A DNA stretch of 64,000 bases from Bugula neritina (lineage: Eukaryota > Animalia > Bryozoa), in NCBI GenBank assembly GCA_964035545.1, contig OZ037772.1, forward strand, positions 6,432,889 to 6,496,888, in the 5' to 3' direction. Under the pieces are notes generated by a model. That model was not told the DNA's origin, did not search any database, and saw only the letters and a list, made by a program, of their open reading frames with translations. Positions 39,701 through 51,700 of this stretch are shown in pieces. Made by a program: the position numbers and the translations under genes. Position 1 is the stretch's first letter, and each line of letters begins with the position of its first letter.

Positions 39701-42700
39701 GAGCGACTAGTAACAATGTGGTTGGTAACTGAGTAAATGGTTAGTAACTGAGTGAGTGGTTAGTAACTGAGTGAGTGGTTAGTAACTGAGTGAGTGGTTA
39801 GTAACTGAGTGAGTGGTTAGTAACTGAGTGAATGGTTAGTAACTGAGTGAATGGTTAGTAACTGAGTGAGTGGTTAGTAACTGAAGGAGTGGTTAGTAAC
39901 TGAGTGAATGGTTAGTAACTGAGTGAGTGGTTAGTAACTGAAGGAGTGGTTAGTAACTGAGTGAATGGTTAGTAACTGAGTGAGTGGTTAGTAACTGAGT
40001 GAGTGGTTAGTAACTGAGTGAATGGTTAGTAACTGAGTGAGTGAATAAACATTGTATCAGCGAATTATTAAATATTATTTTTACAGGAGAGCTCAACAAG
40101 AAGATGGAAATTCATCCAAATGTAGATATATACACATATCAATAGGCTGAGATATATTTAAGTTGATTTACCATAAAATTAAACTTGTTTATTTTGATAT
40201 AAAAATTTATTTTCATATTATTATAAATAGATAAAAGTTCAAGTTTACTTAGAGTAAGGAAACACACCTGTAACAGCGAATGCCTGTGATATTTCTATAT
40301 TTTCACTGTCAACTATAATGTTGCAGAAGTTTCGTGGACAAAACGTGTCTCGGTAGTACGGCGTAACCTGAACAAATACAAAATCTGCAAAACATGATGA
40401 AATCTCCAGAAATAGAATCTCAAGACATTGAGGTAGGTGCAGTAATGGAGAACTTGAGAAAAGCCTGTGTTCTAGATTAGAATTGTAGCAAAAAAGTTGT
40501 GTTTTTGCGTCCCAAATCAAAATTCAAAAAGAAATTTAAAGAGCTTAGGCTATCTCAATTTCCCCTACTACAGCCCCTAAATGAAGATATTAGCTTGCTA
40601 TATTGCTACACAGAGACTTCACCAAAGCTATGATGCCATTATCAGAGGGCTCATAAAAAGGAAAGATAACTTACATCTAAACGGTACATCCCAGGATGTA
40701 AATCACTGAAATTAACTTGTAAATATTCTTCTTCTATAGGCTAAAAAGAAAACAACATCAGTGTTTTATACTGTTTATGCTGTTTATAAATGTTAAGCTC
40801 AATAAATACACACAGGTTGTTCAGATTAACCTGGGTTTATTTATTGGGCTAAAAAGAAATTATAATCAATAAAAGAACGCAACAGCCCTTCGACTACCTA
40901 GGTCTAAATCTATGCTCAGGGTGACGGTTTTAACTTTAGTTTATTAATTGGGGTTGTCTCCTCAAAATATAAGCTTGTCATATAGTAGAATAAAAAAATT
41001 GGGAGCAACAGTGATCTAGGGGTTAAGTTGCGTTTATACCTTTACAGAAAAAAGTTCCGAGCTACAGTTAACATCACTCGTCCAAGCACTCCTTTACAGT
41101 TTTACTGAAAACCCTTAAAATCGCACTGATGTGGAAGCTCACCTTCTAATAGCAAAATATAACTTGCTTAATTGCTATTTGATGCCCTTTGAAAACGTAA
41201 TGAATTAGTTGAGTTGACGCCGTTAAAGTGGTAATTGAGAAAGGCAGCTGCTATAACTATAAACGTGAATACCTACATCTACAAGGAGTTATCATTCCCT
41301 TTTACTGTTTATCTGAAATCGCCGATTAAGTTATCACAAATCAAAAACTTTGACCAGCGCCTTTTACAACGTAATGCAACTCAGTAAAATTGAATTTCTG
41401 AAGGACTGACAGAAAATCGTGATGGCATAAACGCAACTTTACAGTGTTTGCTTAGTAAACACAAAGTCATAAGCTCAAACCCCAGCAAAGGCCATTGGTG
41501 ATGTTAAGAAGAGCATCCAGTCGTAATTGCTCCTGTGCCAAATAGTCACATGAATAAGTCACTAGCCTGCTTTTAAAAAATCATTTCTATCAGGTGCTTT
41601 CTCAAAGGGGTGGTGACTATAAACTTTTGTGAAAAGAGTATACATGTATGAGTAATAGTTATATGTTGAGTTATAGTGACTAGAAACTGACGTGAGTTTT
41701 TATGACAGAATAAAAACTTACAGGAGAAAATTCATAAATTTTAAGCTCTTCATTTTTTAAAGTTGTAACATAAGTGTTGTTGGAGTGTAAAAGAGACACG
41801 TTGTATTTAGTATGTTTGTACTGAGCTCTATGGTGAGCATAGTAGCCTGTGGTCCTGAACCAGGAGATGGCCCCGAAGTCTACACTCGTGTCAAAAGAAG
41901 CATTCAGGGAGTATGGCGGGAGAGTTGTCACTTCGGCTAAAATGACGGAACACAAGTAAAAAAGAGAAAATAAATCCAGAAAGTTATCGTCAATAATTCC
42001 ATTCCTTAATTGATATTTTATTTAGCACTCACAATTTAGCAATGGCTTAACCAGGCGCAAGCAGTTAGAAACATGCTTGTTTACTTTAAAGATAACACAA
42101 CTATTTCATTGTCAAATAAAATTATCTCCTAAAAATTCGTCAAGTGTTGGCAAGTAGGAGATTACGTGTTATAAAAGTTACAAGCTTGAAAGATAATGCA
42201 ACTGATAGAATGGATATATAATGTTATGTATTATTGAAATATGCTAAAGAGAATTTCATAAAAACGAAATCGTGGAGCAAAATTGACACTAATGCAATAG
42301 GAAAAACATGCTCACATGACTCATGTCTTTTGTAAGACACAATCAGAAATATCAGCATTCCTATTGGATAAACCAGACTGCACTCACAGCGAATCACATT
42401 ACACTGCATGGATATCTATTATTAGTATGGACCAAAAACTCCTGCACTGTGAATCATGACTTTAGTTTAACTAATGGTACAGGCCTTTATAAACATTGAC
42501 ATTTTATAAACTGATGGTTGCCTCACTTTAATAACGATACAAGTGACCTCAGGATAAAGTAGCACATCATCTGAAGAGGATTGTGTTTTGACCCCCCCCC
42601 CCCCCCAATGAGATTTGGGAGATAGACTTGGAACTCTAGAGATTAAGTAGCTTTGATCACTACAAACAGGAAAACTAAATATACTAGCCAGATTTATAAA

Positions 42701-45700
42701 AGTCCCCTTTTACATAAGAGAAGACAATTACTGCAGATGTAATAGAAAAGCAATCGAACCGAACTGGCTGAGATCGAACTGAGACCGATCCGTGGAACAA
42801 CACTGATGCGATATGTCAGAGATTACATAATCACTGCTAGAGAAGAAACTTATATTGAAGCAACTGGGTCAAAAATATTACCCGAGAAAACAAAACATAC
42901 ACCAAAATTTGACTTGACATTGACTAAAAACACTTGATTTATAGAAACATAAAAATATCTTCACTCACGTAATAATGAACTGAGCGTGAAGAACGTTTTA
43001 ATAACTGGTGATGAAAATCGTTTATTAGAGTGCGGGATGGTGGTTATCTCCACCCTGTACTCTTTATCCAGATGGTTGAGAGAGTCTTTCTGAAAAGTGA
43101 AGTTGGCCGCTTCACTTATCTCATCGGTCACATTGCCAGTAACAGACACGTTATAGAACCTGCACTCTTCCAAGAACTGCAACTTACAAAATAACTCGAT
43201 TCAAATCGACAGCTCGTGTGACGAAATATTACAACACACAATGGCAAGCAGAGTATAATGTTTAAAAAAATTATATATAAAGCTTTTTTGTACTAGACTG
43301 GGTTTGGGGACTGCACTTCATCTGGGCAGGAGTTTGTGCCTGTTCCACCACTAGTTCTTATTACTAATTCAACTGCAGGGCTAGAATGACTCAGCTTGAC
43401 TCAGCTATATAGCTGGCTACTGAAAGCTATTAAGCTGGCACATTATAGAATAGTGGTTACTTTATACTATTTATAGCAAGCAGATGACAAATACAATTAG
43501 CAATCAGTATTCTTTTAGGTATAGACCCACAAGGTTGGTAAACCATCAGTTGCTAATTGATTCCCAGTTATAGGTTAGAAATAAAGATGAAATCCAACCA
43601 GTGCATGAGATAACTTTTATATCATATATAAAAAAAACTTATTATTTTCAATTTTTTTTTAAATTTTAGATCACAAAACCAAACTTCAGACTATACCATA
43701 ATCTCAGATAATTTTAAAACTATCCATAATTATCGTACAGATAACTTTAAAACTATGGTAGCAGCACATTAATAGGAAACACTGTATAATTAGAGTGAGA
43801 CCAGGTAACGACACACCTATCTAATATTACTTTGCTGAGATGATGCAACACAAGGAGTAACACCATGTTTAAAGCAATATCACACCAACCTTTGATGCAG
43901 TAGAATAATAATATAATTTGAAAATGTATCCCTTTGTTTTCTGTGCATCTGCAAAGTAAACTTATTAATAAAAGCACCAGTCAAAAATAATAAAAACAGA
44001 TACAGTTTTGCTGGCTCTGAAATAAAATAATAAATGGTCCATTATTTCCACAATTTAACAAAACTATAGACTGAGTTCATCACAACTATTACCTTCTGCT
44101 GTGGGTGGTTTCCAGGTAACAGTTACACCTATCTTCATGGTTTTTGGGTTCACAAATGAATGAGGCTCAAAGATAGCCACTTTGCTGATGGGTTCAATGT
44201 TTTCTTTCAACTCGTCAGCCTTGTCACATATACCTAAAATATCAAGGATTCTCAGGCTTTAACAAATACAAACTAAACAGAGCATAGACTGAGATCCTTT
44301 AACCTCTTCAGGGGTAACAATCTATTCACACTCTCAAAAAACAAACCCAAATATCAGCTACAATAATTTCATGACAAAAATAAAGTTTCTAACTAGTTGA
44401 CTATTTTCAAGGCGACTACGAATTTCACAGAACTCGCCTATTGAGTATCAATTTCCTAGAAATTATTGCATAACATGTTCACAGATGTTAGTAGTGTACT
44501 TATCATGATATAAGATTTTTTCTGAGTTAGCAAAGAAGCCCAGTTCTAGGAAATCCTTCTAAGAGTTGAATTTATCTATAGAGGTTGAAAACAACACCTC
44601 AGACTAGCTAGGGGTCTGATGATTATCATTTCCATTATATTCATTACAAATAAAAGACAAACAACTCCAAATTGCAACATTATTGATAAAATAATCCAAT
44701 TTTTAATATGCATAGTAACAGCTTGCATAAGCTAAATGGCACCAAAGAATAAAATGGAACAATAACTAATCGTAATTCACATATTTTGGTACATAGTTAC
44801 ATTATATCATAATCTATAATATATAATATTTTGGTACAATAAAATTTAAATTATAAATGATAGGCAACAGCCTGTGTTTCAGTGATATTAGTCTGGGTTT
44901 AGAGTATTTTGACCAGTTCCTATTGAAAAATGGGAATAATCTCTAAAAGTTATACAAAAATGTGAACAAACTAGAAATGGCCACATGAATTGCTTCAACA
45001 TTTTTAAGCTTGCAAGTAGGTCTAAGGTGAAAATATGAGAAAGGAGATGCAGTAACAGTCACACATCATGTATCTCCAACTTATCACCTCATTTACTTCT
45101 CTGCATTGGGGTAATTAGCCGCAGACATGCATGTGAAAAAGCTAATATGTATTACAAGTGTATATATTAGCATTTTTGTTCCTCTACTGCTTATTCAAGC
45201 ATCCTCTGTTTATGTACTTAGGTTTGTTTTTTCCTGGTGTAGTTCTTATGTATTCTATTCTCTATTGTTTCCCTCATTACTTACTAGAGCTGTACTAATA
45301 CTGTCAACTTTCCAAAATATCTAATATTCTTTTAATTAAATTAAAATAAATGATATAGCCAATGAAAAATGATATACAATTTATGGCATGGCTAATAAAA
45401 TAGATATTAAATCGAAAGCAAAAAATATCTACAAAATAGTCAAATATGTGCATATATCAATAATAATATTAAACAGGCTGCTAGGCCTTCCTAAAGTGAT
45501 TATTGCTACTTAAATTATATTCGTTTGGCAGCTGTCCAAAAAGACTTGATGTCAATGTTAGGCTAACACTAACTAAGGTTCCTTTTAATATGTTCTTATC
45601 AGCAAAACTGCAATATCATTATGTAGGTCCAAAGATTACTGCTTCTACCAACAATTACTACCATTAGAGCAGTCAACACATAGTTGACAAGGAAGTTAAT

Positions 45701-48700
45701 AATATCTATGCTTAAGCACACACTCCATGGCTGATTAAGAAAACCACTAGGGGGTATAGAGTATTGTTATTAAGGAACTTTGCTTGTACTTGAATGGTAA
45801 ACAGGATAAGCTGATACCAGAGTCAATCAATAGCAGACAAAGTATTAATATATTACATAATTTTTCTCTTAGAAAAGTAAATAGAATTTATTTTACGTGG
45901 TTGTGGTTTGGCTGTGCTTTCATTCCGTGCAAGGGTTCCTAAGAAACACCTGTGAGAAACCCTGATGGAAGGGTTTTTAGACTGAGGATTTATTCATATG
46001 AGGCACAGGAGCAATTATGACTGGATGCTCTTCCCAACATCACCAATGGCCTTCACTGAGGTTTCAATCCATGACTTCGTGTTTACTAAACCAGTGCTCT
46101 AACCCCCCCCCAATCATAGCTGTTCCAAAACATCTGATGAAAAGTCTATTTGTATAACTTGAAACAATTTAGTAAATAAATGGATATGTTTTCAAAGAGT
46201 TGTTGTTAGTTGGACATTTAGAAAATGATTTGCAAAATGTTGATTGCTTTACAGTATGCTTGTAGACAGAAAATAATAACATTTAGTTCCTGGTTGGTTG
46301 ATGGTCTGATGTTCAGTCTGCATACATGTGATCAGGCCTTAAGCTATTTGCTCTTACTCAAGAGAATATCAATTATTAACAAGGAAGTAGGAAAAACAGC
46401 CTGCCTTGCTATTATAATAATATATACGAAATATAACACTGTGTACATTGTATATGCAGCTGTCAAGGTACTCATAATTACACCAAATATTTATCAAATT
46501 ACTGATAAATGGTACTAGATCATAACCTAGAAGAAACTTTATAAGGGGGGGTCAGTATTTAGTAGAGAGGTAAAAGTTTCAGCTACAAAAGTTGTGGAGT
46601 TCAACTACAGCCAATGTGATTCAGAGTTTTGACTTTTTCCCAATTTTGTTCGTGTGTACTTATTAATGCCAGTATATACATTCAGGAGCAGTACTGGAGA
46701 AATTGAGATACCCTAAGTTCCTTAATTTTAATATTAAATGTTGGTTTGGGGCTCGGGTTGAACACAACTTCTTTTGCTGCATTTCTAATCTAGAACACAG
46801 GATTTTCTCAATTTCTCTATAGCTGCACCTACCTCAGTATTTACACCGAATTTCTCAACTTGTTTTTATGTCTTTGATATGTACTAAATAAATAAATTAA
46901 TCAATCAAGATAACATAAATGCAAAATTTCTTGCTAGAGTACAGATGTACTTGACTGATGACTTTACCCAATTGACTCCACATTCAGTTTACTAGGCAAC
47001 ACAATAGCTAATTTGACATTACATTTCTGCCAGTTGGTAAATTGCCATTTGGCACTTGTCAGTTCGTCAGTGCATTACCAAATTGAAAAAAAATTAAACT
47101 GCATAACTTCCTAAAAAAATACATAGGCCTGTCTAACAGTTTTAAAATTATCAAAAACAAGTTTTAAAACGAAAGCAAATAACTTTCAACAAAAAGAATA
47201 TATGATTTTAAGCGAATTGATAAACTATGTTGTTACATCTTACAGCTTTTTGCAGGTATCAAAGGGACTTTTACTTCTAGCAAAGTTAAAATACGAGGGA
47301 TAAATAATTCAGACTAACAATTTTGGAAAATTTTGAAAAAAAGACGATTCTGTTATGCAGTTAAAACATTCACTCAACTGGCCACAAGTTTGAGTTAATT
47401 ACCATTTTATTATTTTAAATTTCTTATTCCCCTTGAATTATTTTTATGCTAAGCTGTTTATTGTCCCAAATTATTGCATTTGCTACATCTCATACTAATG
47501 CTAAGCCCTCATCTGGATGATTACTAAGTAGAAGTAAAACTGTAAATCAGTGCCACAATTTAAGGAATTATATTTGGAGCTCTATCATAATAAAGTATTC
47601 AAAATTTCACAATAACTTTGATTTTTAAACAAACTTGATACCGTACAGTGCAGCTATAGTTTCTGTTCTGTGGCAATTGAAATGTGAGAATCTATGTCTA
47701 AGCACAGGGGTGTCCAACCTTTTCAGACCGAGGGCCTAGGGCAACATTGTAAACTTTAGTTTGAGCTGGGGGCCACAACACGACAGTGGGTACCAAAAGA
47801 CTTGTGTATGAACTGACCTACACATGATTCAAACATAATATTTGCTTAGCTCAAAGCTTTGTTATTAAACAAGAAGATTAATGTGGTTTAGTTACTCTAT
47901 CATGATATCCGTAAACACACCCACTCCTCCCACTCTAATGACTAACTGAGCTGCTAACTTAACATGAATCAGTATTCATATTCTCTAACAGGATGTTTGA
48001 CTTAACCAGTGTCTTGCGTGGATAGTTGTCTTAAAAGACCCAGAATTCCCTACTTTATGGTAGAATTTAAAATTTATCAAATTAAAGAAAATAGTTTAAA
48101 TTTAGCAAATTCAGGCTTTTAAAACTTGAAACTCCCCTTCCCTCCCACAAATAGTTACTAAGCTGAAAAATTCATCTACAGAAAAGTTAAATCATAATCT
48201 ATTGGCAGTATGAATAATCTAAACTTACTCAGCAGTTTTAACCACCAAACTATGCAATATTTACTCGGGTAAAAAATCATTGTGAACTTGAAACTATAGC
48301 TGATAATTTTTGAACCTAGAAGAATATCTGTGTTATCAAAAAACTAATCAAACAAAAGACAACAATTGATTTGCTGTTAGTAGATAATACTTGTTATAGC
48401 TGACTCTGCTCTATCGTATCCCAGGGAATCTCACTATCAATCAATCACTTCTAAAAATTTTCCATCAGATCAACTGTATTTATTTATCAACTATGTTGAG
48501 TGACAAGATGAAAATATAAGCACACAAGGCTAATGATCCATTCAAGATTTCCTAGTGCACTGAGGAATGCTGCTGGCATGACACCATTCAAGTTTTAGGA
48601 TATTTTTCCTCCAGATGTAATCAGATTTCCAGATGAGCTCGTTTAGTCATTTGAGAGGCAAAATAATTATTTCAGTGACTTTGAAAGCCTTTCTGGTGCA

Positions 48701-51700
48701 ATTATTTCTTTTAACAAACACCAGATTAATTGAAAATTTCCTTATTGGGAGAAAAATCTAATTAGTGTTTTAGTGGAAAAAAAAGGATTGCATACTTTTT
48801 CCTTGTATTACACTAGCCATGAAACAAAAAAATACATTCATATTTGAAATATGACACTGAATGGGTAAGCTATAAAGTGAATCAGCTGTTAATTCAAACA
48901 TTCTTCGAGTCTGCAGAATGCTTGAATTACAAGGAAATTTATAACAGGATGAAACGCTAAGCATTCCATAAAATAGCATTTTTTCTCAAAAAGCAATAAA
49001 AAATAATCTATATTGATGAGAATTTAACTACCAGCTATTTTTACCTTTTGATTTCCCCAGTTATTGCTATTGATAATTAAAAAGTTAAGAATATATTGAA
49101 TGCAATGAACAGTAATATAATCCTAATTCAAACTTACAGTTTATGATATTTGGTATGCAAAAATGTTCCTTAAAATCAAACCCCTCATCACTGATTCCAT
49201 TCTTTAAAATTTTGCTACACAAGTTGCACAAAATAACCTTAAAATTTGGTAAAAGTTGAATAAAATCAAGTGGCCTAGAGATAAAGAATAATAAAAACTG
49301 ATCAAGTGGGATAATAGCTTTGAAATTAAAATAAACATTAAGGAAGTCAAGTAGCATTTATTCAGTATTAAATTATTCACAGACATCTTGGTTAAAATAC
49401 ACATTCGTGGTAATATACCTTGCATATTGGTTCGATTATAATAAATTTCTTGCATGCACGGAGAGCTGGTTCCCTTGCTGATTTAGGTTTTGTTTTGCTA
49501 AGCCTCCATAGCATTAGAACTAATAGTAATTTTTCATAGCTTGCTGCAGCACTCGCATTATTACTAAGCTGACTTTAATGTTTAGAACACAGGCTACAAA
49601 TGCTGCTAAGTGAAAACACAAATGCCGCCACCCTGCGCTATAAGTATGTGACATATCAGAAATTCTTGAGTGAACATGTTACGTTTTTAGACCTGTATGG
49701 AGTTTGTTTAGCAACATAGAAATCTCCCTTCCAAAACAGAGACTGCTGCTAGTTATCATATTATATATACAAGTTCTATTAGCCTGAAGAGTTCAGCATG
49801 AGTATCCATTTACATGCCTAAGGCCAAGTTTAGTTTACAAATTTAAATAAGATGGTTATATTTAAATTAGTGTTTATGGGCATGGGTGACTCTCGACATT
49901 TTTGATAACTTAGGTTGGCATATTTATTGATAAAAATATTCTGACAAATATCATTCTTATTACTGTTTATACTTACAAAAAAATAATAGCACAAGAATCA
50001 CCATTTTAGCTTCTCGCAAGTCATGGTGAAATGCTTAAATTTAGGTATTGCTCCAAGGTAGTTAAATGTAAATGAAATGAAATTTCAATAAATCATGAAA
50101 ATTTTAATACGAAGGCAAAATTTGGAAAATGAACAATCCTTTTCTCGGAAATAATTTTTTTTTTAATTGAAATTTATAGATGAGATTGACTCTTAGAAAT
50201 GAGGGCCTACAATACAATCCCACTTAAAGCATTAACGTCAAGACTAATTTTTTTTGAAAACTCAATTGACATCAGCACTGTTCTCCCAGCTTTCAACTCA
50301 ACACTCAATCAATATACAAGACTCTTCCAGTGACATGACCAAAAGTTCAAATTATGTAAATTTTCTTTCACAAAATGCTTCAAATCTCAATTTTATCAAT
50401 AAGCTTTATTCTATGTTTTCAGTTTGAATTCAGGCAGTACCTTTGGTGATACTATAAAGGGCATACAGGTAAAATTTCACGTGGCCGTTCACAAAAGCTT
50501 AGCCCTCTTATATTACAATGCGCATTATATTCCTAGACCTTGCGTGAACTATTAAGTAATAATATGTTAATGTCGGCATTATGTGTCCAGCCTTGTGTAA
50601 ACTATTATGTAATGTTTTAATCTAATCAAGTAAAGTAAGTTAGCACCAGCTTAAATTGTTCTTGAAATACACTCTTAGAATAAGCTATATGTAATATAAT
50701 GGTGTAAAATAATTGCCCCCACTGGGATTCGAATGACAAACCTCCACGCAGGCACGCTAACCAATAGACCATGTAAAACTCAGCCAATCAGCGAAGTGTA
50801 CCAGGTCAATGTTTTACCATTGTAAATGATATAAAATTCTGCAAGTTCAATTGCAAAATGCATGCTTCTAAAAGCTAGTTGTGCAACTTTTTTTTCATGC
50901 ATTATTTAATTTCATATCTTAAATTGATGACTCTTGAAATGATTTTTCAAAATGTCTAAATTAAGTGTTTATAAAACGCAATTAAAAATTGCATGTCTAG
51001 AAAAATGACCTGGTACACTTTTGCAACTTAAGGCCAATTATTACATAACTGCCAGCTTAGTAGTTATTTGTTGTTGCAGCTTGAATGGGTTATTGTTTAG
51101 CATTGGAAGCTTGCAGTAAACATCTGTGAATTTGGTACATGACTTCGATTGGCTGGTTTTTGAATGGCCCTTTAGTATATGCATCTGGATGGCTGGGTAG
51201 TGTAAACTCCGCCTACATCTAGCTAATGTACAGTAGCCAATCCACAGTAGTATTACAAAATTTCTGTTTAACAAATGAAATATTCTGGTCATTTGTTTTG
51301 TACTTTACAATAGTAAATATTCTATTCAACTAGAATTTTATTGTATGTAAGCCATGGGAACTACTAAGAGGTTAAATCAACCACCCATGCTGGTAATATT
51401 GTTGCTCGCAGTAATAGCAAGTCCACACCGTATAAATATACACATAAGCTATTATGTGCAGCTTATGAATGCTGAAATGACCCCATTTCTTACTTTCAAT
51501 TTGAAAAAAATTGTATTACATATTCTGCCACTTCTGCACCAGGAACTTGTTTTTCTTTTAAATTTTGAAAATAGTAGTCAGTTTCTATAGCAGTCAACAT
51601 CCACAACGTAAGCTTTCAAATAAACTATAAATATATGGTAGCATATTGGCTTTGAAAGCTCAAAGGGATGTTCAGCTTCTCTCTTGTTGGAAAAACTATT

